The notes under the pieces: generated by a model
The model's input: only the letters and a program-made list of their open reading frames with translations
Databases searched by the model: none
What the model was told of the DNA's origin: nothing
Assembly (NCBI GenBank): GCA_046563655.1
Contig: CM102289.1
Location: forward strand, 5,642,001 to 5,706,000
Source: Yuukianura sp. NJ FZ-2021
Lineage: Eukaryota
DNA length: 64,000 bases
Direction: 5' to 3'
In this document: piece after piece, positions 47,501-61,333 of the stretch
Layout: every line of letters begins with the position of its first letter
Numbering within the stretch: the stretch's first letter is position 1
Translations under genes and position numbers: made by a program

Positions 47501-50500
47501 GAACTTCGAAACAGGAAATTTTCATTAGAATGGTGTTCCTAGCCTTAAATTCCATATAACTGTCCGTTTACCAGAAATCTTACGGTACTGGGGGAGGCGC
47601 CTACTACCAATCCTCCAATCGTGATTTTTTACCTTATTTAGAGAATCCACTGTAGTATAAATAAGCCGTGGCTTCTGCAGAAACTATATAGTAAATGAGA
47701 AACCTGCTTATGTTTTTGTGTAAAAGCTATGAAGCCCAAGAACAAAAATTGAATAAAAATGATATGCATTTTAAAGGCAAGGCTTCCGACATTTCCCGAG
47801 CTAATAACGCACTTAAAGTGCTTTCTCTTGTCTTGCAAAATGAAAAAAAAGAAGTCAAAGCAGAAAAGTAAAAAAAAATGAAATTTTGGTGATGAAATAA
47901 AGACGATGCAGGGCTCTATTTCAAAGTAATTTATTAGTACCCCGGGTTCAGACCAAGTTTTTGTGAGTGTGCCTCAGAAACAAATGAGGTTATAAAATGG
48001 CAAATACGGAACAAAATACGAAAAGAGCGCGAGAAGAAAAGTGAAAAGTTAAACTTTTTCGAAAGAAACAAAACGGTTTAACGCGTCGCTTCTTTTCACT
48101 TTGGTTGAATTTTTGCGGTTCTTTCACAATATTATTCTTTTCTATATGTGCTACTGTAAGTTCTGGTGCGTGGAAACTGCTGGAGAGAGAACAAATAAAT
48201 CTTAGAGACCATTGAGAACCTTCTTCTTCTTTTTTCCAAAGACAGTGAAAGTGGAGACATTTAATTAAGTCGTAAAATCTCCTCTCTTCCTGGACTCTCA
48301 GTTCTCCTTATTTCCCGCCACACGTGACCTCTTGACCTCCCTTGATTTTCTATTATAACAGGTCACTTGGGACAAAAGATGCTGAGAATAATAGAAGTTA
48401 ACTATTAAAAATAAAAGTTCCAGCATGAAACACAAATCCTTTCCGGGAAAGCTTCCCAAGTGTATGAAATTTCCCGCTCTTAAGCCACGGAGAAAAGTAA
48501 AAGTTATGACTAATTTCTCGATTGAAAAACCTTTATGAGATTTTAAATCCTCTTGCTTCTGAGTTGGAGCTAGAGTGTGGGGAAAGATGAGGTTTTTAGT
48601 GAAAGTCGTCAATTCTAGTGGAGTTTACCTTTATGACCATGTTGGATTAAATATGTTTAATTTAATGCTGCCCATAAAATCCAACGCTTAAAGCAGATGG
48701 GATCTTGTGTCGAAACGACTTTAACCTTAGGTTTGTTGTCTCGTTGTCTGCTCAAAATTTCTATTTCCACATGCACTTTCCCCGGGGAAAGAACTATAAA
48801 GTCAAGACGTCTAAAAATTCTTCATATTTTCAAACATTAATGTCAGCGTGTACAGTAAACTAAAAGTTTGTATTTTGTCACGTGCTCAAAAGGAAAGTTA
48901 ACAATTTTTCGCAATTACACATTTCTCCGAAAACTGGAAATAAACTTACCAATCACGGTGAGATGAAAGGCCATACTAATTTTTGGTTCAGTGTTTACCT
49001 TAAAAAATTATAATTAAAATATAATATATTATTGAAATATGATAGTAAATTATAGTTAGATTTTAGGTTTACTTGACACTCGTAAATTCCAGAGTCTCTC
49101 TGTTGTGGATATTTGATCTGCAAAGTCCAGTTTTCGGACTTATCTGAATGGAGCACCACGAACCGCTGGTCCTAGAAACAAAACGAGTTTGAATAAATAT
49201 TTTATAATGTTTATTTCAATAAATTTAAGTAAAATATATAAAAATATTACTTTGTTTTATTAAAACTGGATTCACTTACGGTTGTGTAGGTCAGGACGCC
49301 CGCCGTGAGGATGTGTAGGTCACGCTTCCGAATCCAGGATACCTACGGATTTAAGAGGCATGATAAGATTATGTTAGGTTAGGGTTTTAGTAAATTCAAA
49401 ATTTTGCACAACGTATCCCGCTTGTTCTGTCACAACAAGCTGTTTTTATTACAACATAAATCACACTGTGACCCCATTTCGACACAAATACAACTTGTCA
49501 AGTAGGTCGAAGTCAAAATACCGTAAACTTTCAACTAACTTCTGCTGTAAGTGAAATTAAACAAAAACATCAAAGACTCTTTTTCCAAAACACGTCGCGT
49601 GATCCATTGCTCCAGTACAATGCACCAATCAGCTGAAGAAGACAACTTGGCCATAAATCTACCCGGATCGAATGACATCGGAATGACGTCAATTACGGCA
49701 ACAGAGACCAAGGACCTCACTTGACCTCTCCATGGTATAAGACCCATCAAATCCAAAATTCCCTCCACTTCATCATTTTCAAGAATCCATTCCATTCTAG
49801 ATCCTTTTCAAAATGGCCATGTCATCAAAAGCAATTGACTGCAGGACATTCGCTGTATGACATTCACTCAGACAGAAGTAGTAATGGATTAGCCAAAACC
49901 CAATATGGGCCATGTCACTTTTACCTAAAATCCCAACATTCAAAATTGAATTCAGAATTTACAGAGTTTTGTTTCCAATAATTAATATATTTAACACGCC
50001 ATGTCTGGGATTTAAAACAAGGAAATGTAATTTAGCTTCTGGTTTTAGGATTTGACAGATTTGGAAATGGCGCCTCCATATGTTGAGTTATGAGGCGCAT
50101 TGTAAAGTTAATGACAAAATTTCTTCACGTGTCGCCTTGATTGACATTTTCCGTTGTTCTACAAAGTCTGTCCCGTATGAAACACACGAGAAAAGTCGAT
50201 TTCTGGATCCAAACAATGAAATAATGGAGAGGAAAGTGGAATGTCTTGTCTTGCCCAGCTCTGTTCATTCATTTTCATTTGGATGGAACAGCAGAGTTGG
50301 GCTTCTACTAGAATGACACCCTTAGTCATTACAATCAAAGTGACAGATTCCATGCACACCTTTCATGTTCACTCTAATCTAATAAAAAGGGCCCAGGGTC
50401 CCTTAACTCTTAAATTAAACTTTGACCTCGTTCCAGTACACAGGCATGCGATCATTCAAACTTGGTGCATTGCTGCATAACACTATTATACGCTTTTATG

Positions 50501-53500
50501 TTTTGAATTCTTTTATATTTCAAAGCTCAACAGAGTAATATACGTTTGGTATGCACCGATTTAACAAAATTCTAATTCGGAAAAGAGTTTAAAAACATGT
50601 TTTAGAATTTTCACATTTTTAGTTCTAGTTTCTTTTCTGACGTGGTAAAAATTATGTAAAAATAGTAGCAAGATGAAGATGGAATTCGAGAATATTTTTT
50701 GTTGATTTTTTAGAAAGTAATTTTGTTGAAAAAGTAATTTTTCACTGAAAAAGGAAGAAGTGAAAGCGAGAAGCGTGTTGTAGGACCCACTGCCTCAGTA
50801 AAAAGTCAAAGTCATAAATTGAAGTGGGTTTGGTAGTGGATGGGAATATCAAACGGTGGATGTGGAAGCTGAGACTTGATGAGGAGACTGATGTGATGTG
50901 TCGGTTGATGATGAGCCACCGACTCCACCGTTTTACAACTCTGAGCCACTTTCTCCGGTGAGTCTCGTGGGACTTGGAAGTTCCATAAAACCAAAGGGAG
51001 TGAGAGAGACAGTCTCTGTCCAACATACTAACGTCGTCTCCTTGGAACACTCACAATTACTGATTGCTTTCCCCTTCGGACACTCACTCTCCCTGGCTCC
51101 AACCTTCAAAAGAAAAACGATCACACGAAGACATTTTCCCGATCTTCGACGTATCTGGCTCTCAAATCAACCATTTCCGCCATTTCGTCGGAAAAGTCTC
51201 TCTTTGCCCCAGTCGTAGCGCCTATGATCTATGGGCATTTTTGGGCACATCTTGCTTTTTATTGGTGGCAGCATCAAGGACGGCAAAGAAAGTTTGGCCG
51301 ATTTGGGCTTGATTGTCATCCGGAAAGTTGTAAAGTGTAACAAGTCAGCTGTGAGGATCGTAACAAGTCAGTTTAGGAATTGTGCAGTGCACAAAACAGA
51401 GTTGTGCACTTGCAAGCACTCGAAATGGCGCAACACAGTGAACACGGACCCCCAAAGATTGTTAAGACTTTTCAACTTTTAGGAATCTACGGTCGCTGTT
51501 CTCAGCGAAGCGAACGATGATGATTTGTGTGAAAACGAAGGAGCTTAGAATTGACTCTACGGAAATGATTTACACACGTACGAGGACCACTTCCCAGGCG
51601 AACCCCAATTTCCTTCGACTTCATGTAACTCTTGCTATTGCTGGTTTGTAACTTTCGTTGGTTTTGGTAGGCTACAACATGGGTACATCCAGCAGGTTAC
51701 ATTTTTCTAACAAGTTGTGACACGGGAGACTTATAAGTGTAGTCTCTGTCCTGGGAATCGATATCTTATCTACGTGCAAAATCAAATTGAAGTCAAAATA
51801 GACTCGTGTGAACCCTACAGCAAATTCTCAGAATCTAAATCACACAACTTTCATATTTAAAAAACGAAGCTTGCTCAGGATCCCTTGTGAAAAAAAAAGA
51901 AGACTTTCTCTTGAAAAAAACAACAACAAAATTTACGTTCTTTTTGAAAAAAATGGCAGAAAACTATGTCTTAGGTGAGTTTTGGAGTATTTTAAGTGGA
52001 TGGACGTTAGCTAAAAGATATGTTTGGTTAGAACCATTAGGTTAACATATCGTGAGTTTGAACACAAAAATCGTGCATTTGTTGAGCATCATTATGCTAA
52101 CCTACTTTTAAAAAAATCGACTTTTTAGAAATTGAGATCGACATGTCTGCAACAACTGGTTGAATTGATCCGTAGAACGTTGTGCCTGAAATGCGCATGG
52201 TTGCAGAAAGCGACAAGATGGTATTCGCCTGAGGCTTTAGCAGAGGCAAAATGCCATGCCGTTCTGTCAGTTGTGACAGGTAGACAGGCGACTCTTTTAA
52301 TTCTCTGTAGGACTGTCGGAAATTAGTAGGAGAAAGTAGAAATAGTATGACAGAAGAAAGTTTCAACCACGAAGTTTTCTAAATTCAAATTTGAAAACCC
52401 ACAACTGCGTTTTCTAGCTAACCCAATAAAAAGTAAAGTAAAAACTTTCGCTCCCTTTCACTCCAATCGCTTTCTACACTCTGAAAACTGTGTTTATTGT
52501 CACAAAATTTTAGAATTGTCAACTCAAAACTTCCGTTTGGAAAGAGACACCGTTCTAGAAAGAAAGCGTCTTTAAAAACAAAAGAATAATCAAAAAGAGA
52601 AAGCGAAAGTTTGAAACCTGCCCCCTAACCTAGGGGGCAGTACTTCTTTTGTGAAAAGAAGCGGGAGAATATGCTAATTTCTGAAAAGTGAAACTTTTCC
52701 GCGCCAACTTTCTCTTCGCCGTTTCTTGTGTTTCCCAAACTGGCATGTTCAACTTCCGTTCCATCTCTGCGAATAACTGGGTGACTTTGGTGAGGAACCA
52801 TTTCAGCTTCTTCTTTTGCCTAAAACTTTGTGTCTGTTTGAAAAAAGAGTTTGGAAGTTTCTGAAGTTGGCGGAGAAAGGAGGGAAGTGAAGTGGTCATT
52901 TATGAAATAAAACCGTCTTGTGGAACTAAATGGAAGTGAAGGCGAAGAAGGTTTGTGTTTTTGGGTAAGGTTTGGTAAAGGGTGCTGCCAAAGGGAGTCA
53001 TTTCTGCTTTTTAAAAGTTTTCCAGAGCGTGACTTCCTAGAGAAAAGAAAAGAGAGTCGTCAGTCCCCAAAACGAGAGAAAGCAACGCCAAGAACAGCCG
53101 AAACAGAAAAAACGTGAAAAACTTTGACAATAAATACGTCCAGGGGACTCGTGTTGTGTGTTGAGATTGTTTCGGAAGATGGGGAAAAGAGGAACGAAAA
53201 AAAGCGACTAAAACGGATCTACCAAAAAGTCAGAACTACTTTGTTCTAAACACTGCCAAAACTAACCTTCTAGGAGCTCAACTTTCTCCATGTTTTTTTT
53301 AAAAAACTGCACAGAGTAAATGAAAAAAATTGTGAACTTGCATGGTTTACACGGTATTCCTCAGATAAAATTTTGTCATGAAATGTCAACTTGACTGAAT
53401 CAGTAAAATGAAAAAAATTTTACCCGCAATTCTTTTCGAAAACAAATAAAAAGTCTGCGTAAATTTTTCTTTAACGCCATAGTGCCTCTCCAAAAAAAGT

Positions 53501-56500
53501 TTGTGCTTACATTGTCTTTACGTCATTTTCTGTTTGCGTCTGCGCGTGGAGAGGAATTCGTCGCCTTCCTTTTGCACGAAAAGTTGTGGAAATGATAGGC
53601 CATCATTTCAATTTCTTCTAGGTAAAATACACACAGCCCATGCGCCGTGGCTCAGTCGTAAAAGCAAGTAAATGTCAAATGTTTGAAGAAGGTCATAAAA
53701 CCATTAGGAATTAATTGAAGTTGGATTCCAAGTTTTTTGGAAATAGCGGAGACTTTGGAAAAACTGTCATAACTTGAAACGGTTTCTCATTTTTTACTGT
53801 TATCCTTCAATTAGAAAGTTTGAGCCATCGAAGAAAGCATAAGCTACCACAACTTCTTTCTGCGAGTCTTCTGCATCCACAAATTGGAAAATTCTTCTAA
53901 TAGCACCAAGTTATAAATTGCTCTTCTCAAATAATCCACTCCCGCCTCCAGAACTTTCCTCTTTGGCTCCCGTCCTCTGAGAAGAAAGCGTTCGATCTCT
54001 CTTCTCCAGGTTTAGGATGAGAAAAGATGTCGAAATTAATTTTTCCTTCACAGAAGAAAACCCTGGAGCTTAACAAATTCCAAGTGGATCGTCGTCGTCT
54101 TTTGACTGAGTTGTGGCTTTCGACAAAAAGAAATGACTCAAGGAACAAAAACCGAAAAAAAAAGTGGAAGAGCAAAAATCGATTCCGGATGAAAGTGGGA
54201 TGTTCGCATTACCTTTATATCTGAGTATTTCTTTAACAAAAAAATTGTTGAATTGTATTTTTGAAAAAGTAAATACAAACCAACTAGCCAGTTTGTATAA
54301 TCTCGATAATTTCTGATGCGGGACATGAAAAGTTTTTCAATAATCCAAACGTTTTTTTAAATTTTCACCAACCGGAAAACTTTTTTTTTTGCTTACAAAG
54401 TTTTTCGGCTTAAACTGCTTTTGGATTTTCCCTGCACTACTTTGAAATACAAAAGATGAAAGGATATGTTAATCCGGGAGCATGCCCAACACAGATGCGG
54501 GTAGCGGCAGCGTGTGGATGCCCAACTATGCAAAATTTAAAATATGCACATAAATAGATAAGGGCGTAAAGTGCAACTGCTGCTGGTCCCATTCGCATAA
54601 TTTTCTTCCACTTCCTTTGTTTTTGACTGAATTGCAAATTTCGGATTTTCTGCTAAGAAAGTGCGTAAAGAGAGAAAAAAATTCATACGAAAATCTATAC
54701 TGTCAGCAAAATTTAAAAACAGAGGAGGAAAATTCGAAAATTTCAGCTACCATTAAAACAGGAGAGTACAAAGAGCACGAGGATTTTTTGAAAAAAGAAA
54801 AGATTTCTGATTCCACTGGCTCTCATGAATAATGAATGCTTTAATCTCTGAAGCAGTGAAAGTTATGGTTCAATAGAGATGTCGGCCATTAAGTCAGATC
54901 TTTCCACTTTCTTCCAAAATCTGGGGATTTCGAATGAGAGGAGAAAAAAGGAGGGAAATATTGAATCTTTTATGGCTCTGCTTTCTTTTCATCCCATTGT
55001 TTCACAGCTAAAGTAAGGAGGGCCATATAAAAACTATAGTTTTTTTTTAGAAAGATCTACTGACAGAACTAGAAGGTTTTCGTAACTTTCACCCAATCTT
55101 AATCAGATTTATTTCTATTGTTTTATTTTCTAGGCACTAGAGACTCATTTTTGGAAATCTAATCTTCACTTTCAATACTTACGGTAATCCCTACTCTCCT
55201 ATTGACCGGTACCGCTCAAGGACACTTCCCGGTTTTCTTCTTTCGTAAAAAAAAAGAGTTGAAAAACAATAAATCTCACACTAACATCTCACAGATAAAT
55301 CTAAAATTACTAAAATTGCTTAGAAATATCAACCCTAATATCAACTAACCTAAACTAATCAAATTAGTTTCACTCAAACTTTATAAAACTTTAGACTAAA
55401 AAATGGGTAAGTCTGGAATGCAATTTTGAGGGAGTATAAATATAAGGGCTATTTAACAAACATTTCAGATTAGGTTATGGCGTTAGTTGGAAAATGGAGG
55501 GAGTAACTATGATCCGTTGCGTCTTGCGTTATTTCGAGATAGGTGTGAATATGGCAGTGTTGTGTTGAGGTAGAGATGGAGAAAGTGTTTGATAATTCGT
55601 TTTCTATTATTCCTTTGGAGTAAGGGGAAGAGAGATGGGAGTCCCAAGTGTAGGATAAATAATTCAAAAAACTCAGCCCTTGTTCCCTCTTTTCTCACAT
55701 TTTGGCACTTTAAACCTTAAGAAGGTACGGTAAAATGGTGAGAAAATTTAAACTTTCCAAAATAGGAATTGGAAAGTTATTCCTGCTATGGCTACTGGCT
55801 ACGGAGAGAAGGAGGTTAAACCATAGCCTCATAGGAAATCTTATTCTTGAATTGAAAATTACATGTAAAAATGCAAGCAGAAAATACGGTGCATAACACA
55901 AGACAACAGTTTCCAAAATTTTGAAAGTGGCTGAAATTGAAAATTTGTTTGAATTTGTGAAAGAGTTTCATTTTCCCACTTTATACGGTCCAACGGAAAA
56001 AAGTGTAATTGGACGTTCACGTAACCACACGTTTGAAGTCTTTGAAAAGCGTTCTTGAATTTTCCGTTTGACTGCACTCCAGTTCATAAAAGTTGCATAC
56101 AGGCGTCAGTTTCAAACTTGCTCAAAGGCATGAAAGAATTTTCATTTTAAAAAATTCCGATAGACTCAAAAGAGTCACAATGCGTTTGATCATTTCATTA
56201 AAACCAGAGTTTCTGCGGCTGCAGCAGGAGCAGCATGCAGAACAAAAACCAACTTGCATCGGGCCTCTGAGCCATATTCAACGAAAGTGCTTAAAAAAAA
56301 TGAAAACAACTGAAATGTATATACACTTTTTCTTTGTATTCGCCTTTTGTGTAGAATACTTTAGTTCTGAATTAAGTAAAAAAAAATCCTCAAAACAGAG
56401 TTGCTATCCAGGAAACTAGGAAGCACTTTGCCTGCTATTTTTTTTACATCTTTGAATTTTCCTTTGTAAAATAACGGGGTTAAATCAACATTTTTGTAGA

Positions 56501-59500
56501 AAATAAACTTGGGTAACCTGCGTATATTTTTACAAATCGAGAAAGTAAAAGTGAGTTGCAAAGCAAGATTTTTTAAAATTGAAAATGAAGTCAAGAGTCG
56601 TTTTGGAAAAAAAACTTTCTAACCCCGCCGTTTGTTAAAGTTTAGTTGAAAAATATGGAATTCTGATTACAGTTTCTGGGAAGATCTTCTTGACATTTGC
56701 ATTTTACATAACTCGGGTAGTTTTGCCGAAGCCAAACTTTACTTTCCTTTTGCAAAAAAGGAAGTACGAAAAGAAAGCAGGCCGACAACAGGAGCTCCCG
56801 CGGAAAAGTTTTTTAGCGGGAGAAAGTTCATATCTGTCATTCAAATTTGAATCGGAGAAAGTGGAGTTGATGGATACTGGAGAGGTTGAGGCGGAAGTCG
56901 AGCGGAGGGATGATCCAAATGCCTTTTCCATTCTATTCATAAGCCTCTCTCTCCATTTCAACACAAGTGAACGAAAACCGCATATTTTTTCTACCACAGA
57001 ACTCCTCTGCTCAAAAAAAAAATTCGGTTCCATTATACCGCCGTTTCTGAGCTTCAACGAGTTTCGCTTTTCTCGAGAGGAAAAATTCTTTCTCACAGAA
57101 AAATGGCTCCCAGAAATATTCAAACTGATTCTATAAGAAACATGACCTAAAGACCGAGACAATTGAATTTCCCGCCTTATTACCATAATGCTCTCTTCAC
57201 TTTCTAACCATCTGGAAAAGCTCAAATTTAAACCACCATAGAACCAAATCACTTCAATTTTGCCGCTTTTGAAACAGTCACGCGGCGCCAAAGTTCCAAT
57301 TCAAGTCTAATTTAACTGATTCTCGGTCTGGAATTTCAAGTAATTTCAATTTTAAAAAAATTTCGTCGTCTCTCCTCGTCTTCACAAAATCTATTTTGGC
57401 CAAAAATCCTCAAATGTGGGTGGAAAGTAACCAAAAAAAAAAGTTTTATATTGAATTTGCGTTTCCCTTTTGTTATAAAGTCCACTGTACTGTTTCAGTT
57501 TCTCCGCTGTAGGTCAAAGGTCACAGAAGGTCAAAAGTCACAGGGTCATAAAATTACGAGTTTCTGTTTCAAAAGGTGTGGAAGTACGACTTTTCTCACA
57601 AAATTTTCTTCATTCATTCATTATTATTATGTACGTTGAAAAATTGGGAGGCGGTGGAGTATGAGCTCCAGAATGTTTGAGTGCAGATTTCGCTTTCTTT
57701 TGGGGGAAAGGGAGACATTAGGGAACTGTGTATGTTAAACAAGGAATAAAAGAGCCCGGAGTGTTTGGATTTGGTCCAAATGTCTAAGTCCATGGAAGTC
57801 TAATGAGCCTCACACAGCATTGGTGTGTCCCTGTTCGGGCATTAGGTGGATTAGGTCAGACGACGGAAGAAGGGCCGCAGTCCAATCCTACTTCTTCTTG
57901 GCTCCAGTGCAGAAACAGTAAGAATAAGATCACTCGATCGTGAACAAAGAAATAAGTCTTGACAATCGCTTCCGAATTTCACTTTTGCAGAAACCAAAAC
58001 ATCAAAGATGGTAGAACGCAACCAAAAAGCTTTACTTAATTTGTTCAGTTCTAAAAACACTTGAGTATTCTAACTGGGATGAAGAAATTCAAAAAATTAA
58101 AGCGATTTTGTGAACTGAAATCCGAAAATGCATCCATTTACAAAATTGTGCGTGAAGAAGACCAAATATTTTTGTTTGTTCTAGATGAACAGTTTTCAAC
58201 TTTGAGGAAAAGTCAAATAAACTGTTGAACTCATTTTGGATTTCTTGATTCTTGAATTATTTCCAAAATAAAGATTCCAAACCCTAAGTAAACATTAATT
58301 ACCATAAAAAATTCATATTCCTAAATTGAAGTCAAGCCTAAAATTTCGAAGTTTTTTTTTTTGCCCGGAGGGTACTAGCACATTTATTTACAAACTTTGT
58401 TTATCGAGCCCTTCAGCAGAAAAGTCGATCACTCTTGCATTGCCGAATGAGAACTTTGTAAAAACTTAATAGAGTTACCATACCTAAAATTGAAATTCAA
58501 TTGATTCAAATTTTCAAATTAATTCCAAATTCTTACCCCAATGTCATTTTCTCGATGAACTCGACAGAGTAGAAATGCATGTTGACCAACGACTGTTGTA
58601 ACATTCCGGGTCACAGAGTAGTCAAAATATGGAATAGTATTTGGATCTAGGCCATCTTCATCTCCCAGTCTAGATTCACGCATGCTCGGTGCTCCGATTC
58701 CTGTAAAACAACAAGCGCAAAGTCATCATCAAAAAAGTTGTTAATTAATTAACTGATGGTAGTCGTAACTTTCCATTTTCTAAAAAGTTTTTCCAATTAC
58801 TTTCGTATTTTTTACCAAAATTTTTCAAAAAACTTTCATAATACATCCTGCTCTCTCTACTTACTTATTTTTATTACCCGGTTCTCTCTTTCTCCAAAAC
58901 AAAAATTTACAACTCCAAAATTAGTGCTCGCTTCCAAAAATATTTTTAGCGCGCTTTTGTGTTTACTATCGACGCATCTGGGCTTCCATCTTTTTTATTT
59001 CAAAATTTTTAGCCAAACTTTAGCAGTCGGCCGATACTTTTACAACCCTGGAGCTAGTTGCAATGGGTGTTTTGAAATTTCAGAAATTTTGACAGCGCAT
59101 GTTCTCGCAGCCTCATTTTTGATCTGACAAAGTACCGAATGTTAAAGCGTACCGAACAGTGATACCTGAGCCCTGTCGAGTAATTTAATCCTAGTAATTA
59201 GATCCTATTAAGTGGGAAAGGAGAGCCGGAAGGATTTGAAAAGCTTAACATACAGACACAAAAAGTTAGACATGTTAGGGTTCGAAGAGACACGAAGAAG
59301 CTTGTGCAGAGGCTGGAAGGTGATGATGAGAGTGCTGTCCTCATTAATCAAGCACAGGAAGACAGGAACAGGAGAAGGACTTTCACTCCCGCCACTTTCA
59401 CCAAACTGTCACAACTTTCTTCAAGCTTGAAAAAAACTAGGTCCTCCCCAAAGCTTTTCGAACTTTGAGCTGAAAAGAATATGTTCAACGTAGTGGAATG

Positions 59501-61333
59501 TTACGTTAGGTTACATTAGGCAAAGCTTAGATGAGACTCCAAAACTAGCAATGTTGTTATGCAGCACAGACGTGGTGTGTTACAAAGTAGCTTTCGTTAA
59601 CTTAAAGTCTTTGAAACTGTAGGACAGGCCTTTTGGACCTGATGTTTCTCATTTTGACAAAAAGACGAAAGAACAATTTGAGTTTTTTGAATTTTCCCGA
59701 GAGGAACGAACCTTCTCGCGGGTTAATTGAGTTAGTGACTACAGATAACGCTTGGTTCCCAGTAGGTCACATGTCAAGAGCCTTTAAACTTGTGATTTGG
59801 GCTCGAAAGATTTTCAAAATTTGAAAGTTTGGAGAGTAATATACTTTCTTGCGACAAATTAAAGTTTATAGTGACGAAAGAAGATGAAAGTAATTTGAAA
59901 CGCGTGATGCTGTTATAGTATAACCAAAAGTTTTGGTGTGTTCTGGAGGTTAGACGCCATGGCGTATCTTTGAACTCTGAAAATCAACTCACTAACTTAT
60001 CAATTTCTTTCCAAGTATTACACTTGACCATCCCAACCCTAACGCAAACATATGCAGTTGAACACGTTTCCGCTTAGCTCAGTCATTTTGAAATTGAAAA
60101 CTCCAATTTTTTTTTAAACTTGGCTATACTTGAGGTTAAAAAAAAAACTCTGTAACTATTTTTATAGACAACTTAAAATTTGGTTCGTATTCGGTTAAAA
60201 TTAGGCGCTATTTGAATGAGGTCCACGAACACGATCCCATGTTGTGGCAATTTTTGTTTATGTTTAGTACGTTTTTTAGAACCCCTCGAAATGTTGAATC
60301 TGTGGGAATTTGCATGGACTTGTGTTTTCGAAAACTGTTCCTAAGAGGAAGATGAAGTTGCTAAAGATCCTAATCTCCTCATCTTCATCACCATAAGCCA
60401 CTTCAAGAATAGTTGAGCTAAAGTTATGAGGCAGAAGGATTTTCCAAACTACTTTCCATCTCCCATCGGTTGCTTTCTGCCCCACTTCAACAACACCACT
60501 CACTTTCTCCTTTGATTTCAATAACAGCTTTTGAATCCTCGCGCTCAATTTTGACCCAGAAAATTGTGATCCCTTTGCAGAATAAACCTTGAAAATTTTG
60601 TCTATTTCTTTTAAATAAATTAGGTTCATGTTGTGCGTATGTCTCTCGAATCACGTCTTAAACCTTTCTCCGTTCGACTCAAAACAAATGATTTTCCTAA
60701 CTTCCCTTGACACTTTTGAATAAACCAACGACACTCGAAGTGAAAAATAAGCACTTTTTCTTCTACTGCCCACCTACAAATTCTCAGAATTGTGCAATAT
60801 GAGCCACCAAATTTCACTTTGTAGCGATCTTTTTTCAAAAAGAAAATTTATTTTGAACGTGAATGACTTTTGGACCAGGCTGTACTTTTCGCCGTGACAC
60901 GTACGACGTAAGAGACTTGATCCGTGAGCTTGGAGTTCCATCAAGCCTTGGGTGTTGGAGGCTTCCTTTGTTTGCAATTGTGAGCCAGAGATTCAGAGTA
61001 TTTGAGAAATAGTGAGCAAGTGCTTTTCTCCATTGTATGACAGATGCAGACAAGACGCAGAGAGGATTCGTGTGTGATCCTATTAGGATACGAGCGCTGG
61101 GCTTTCTTCTTACCATTTGACGTTTTCCGAATTTGACAGAACGTGAATTCAATCCCAATCCAGGAGACTCTCAAAAGCCAAACAAGAAAATGGACGGGGA
61201 GGGAGGGAGGAGCAGAATTGGGAGGCAGGAGGTGTTGGAGGACTCGAGGTGACAGGCGGATGGGAAGGGAAAGTGGAGGTGACATTCCAGGAAAAGCCAA
61301 GAGCTTAATGTCAACTGACACTACGGTGACCAT
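38504..61333 (-). CDS. Dpr (defective proboscis extension response)-family two-Ig cell-surface protein, 8 coding exons
   Basis: Exons 58700-58537 ([25 protein letters not shown]), 49342-49280 ([21 protein letters not shown]), 49171-49073 ([33 protein letters not shown]), 48998-48950 ([16 protein letters not shown]), 45071-44968 ([23 protein letters not shown]), 44842-44629 ([20 protein letters not shown]) and 38664-38504 (GEHPAAMQ plus hydrophobic tail). Candidate first exon 61333-61114 (hydrophobic stretch, phase-1 GTAAG donor) is less certain. Confidence 0.9.
39530..39703. repeat. Decayed inverted repeat (old MITE-like relic) upstream of ZIP11
   Basis: TATTGTTACCACACAGTGTAGCTGCTTGTGGCTACAA aligns imperfectly with the reverse complement of TTGTAGCTGCAAAGTGGCTACACCGTACGGTTACAATG; GTAGC/GCTAC motifs recur internally. 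Confidence 0.5.
40025..41351 (+). CDS. SLC39A11: Zinc transporter ZIP11 (GufA subfamily), 4 coding exons, ~248 aa, nested in the last Dpr intron
   Basis: Exons 40025-40138 ([21 protein letters not shown]), 40573-40765 ([21 protein letters not shown]), 40839-41067 ([30 protein letters not shown]) and 41141-41351 ([30 protein letters not shown]). Confidence 0.95.
40282..40553. repeat. Possible degenerate MITE in ZIP11 intron 1
   Basis: AAACTCGCGAAG near 40304 is inverted as CTTCGCGAGTTT near 40520, both ends lie beside TTAAG, and the intron is enlarged (434 bp). Confidence 0.35.
45351..46292 (-). mobile_element. Internally deleted pogo/Tigger-type (Tc1/mariner superfamily) DNA transposon
   Basis: TA|CCGTAAATGCTCTAAT...ATTAGAGCATTTACGG|TA, a 25-bp TIR with 2 mismatches, and subterminal GCGCTT(G/A)(C/T)ATTAGA repeats. 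A broken ORF from ATG 46084 gives a Brinker/psq-like HTH ([29 protein letters not shown]), a CENP-B HTH ([17 protein letters not shown]) and the start of the DDE region (IIAM..IFFDMP), with stops and a deletion. Confidence 0.88.
47058..47339. repeat. 19-bp minisatellite (CTGCGCAACAGCGCACAAC), ~15 copies
   Basis: Direct tandem units with no spacers, flanked by TA-rich sequence. The last nine units form three copies of a 57-bp trimer. Confidence 0.95.

Noticed and set aside
49535..51482. Several 60-106 aa ORFs in the large Dpr intron
   Set aside because: No recognisable homology or consistent exon chain; treated as intronic sequence.
56690..57291. Overlapping 148-aa and 195-aa ORFs
   Set aside because: They lie in a Dpr intron, have F/S/K/R-rich composition typical of AT-rich non-coding DNA, and show no recognisable motif or splice-compatible partner exons.
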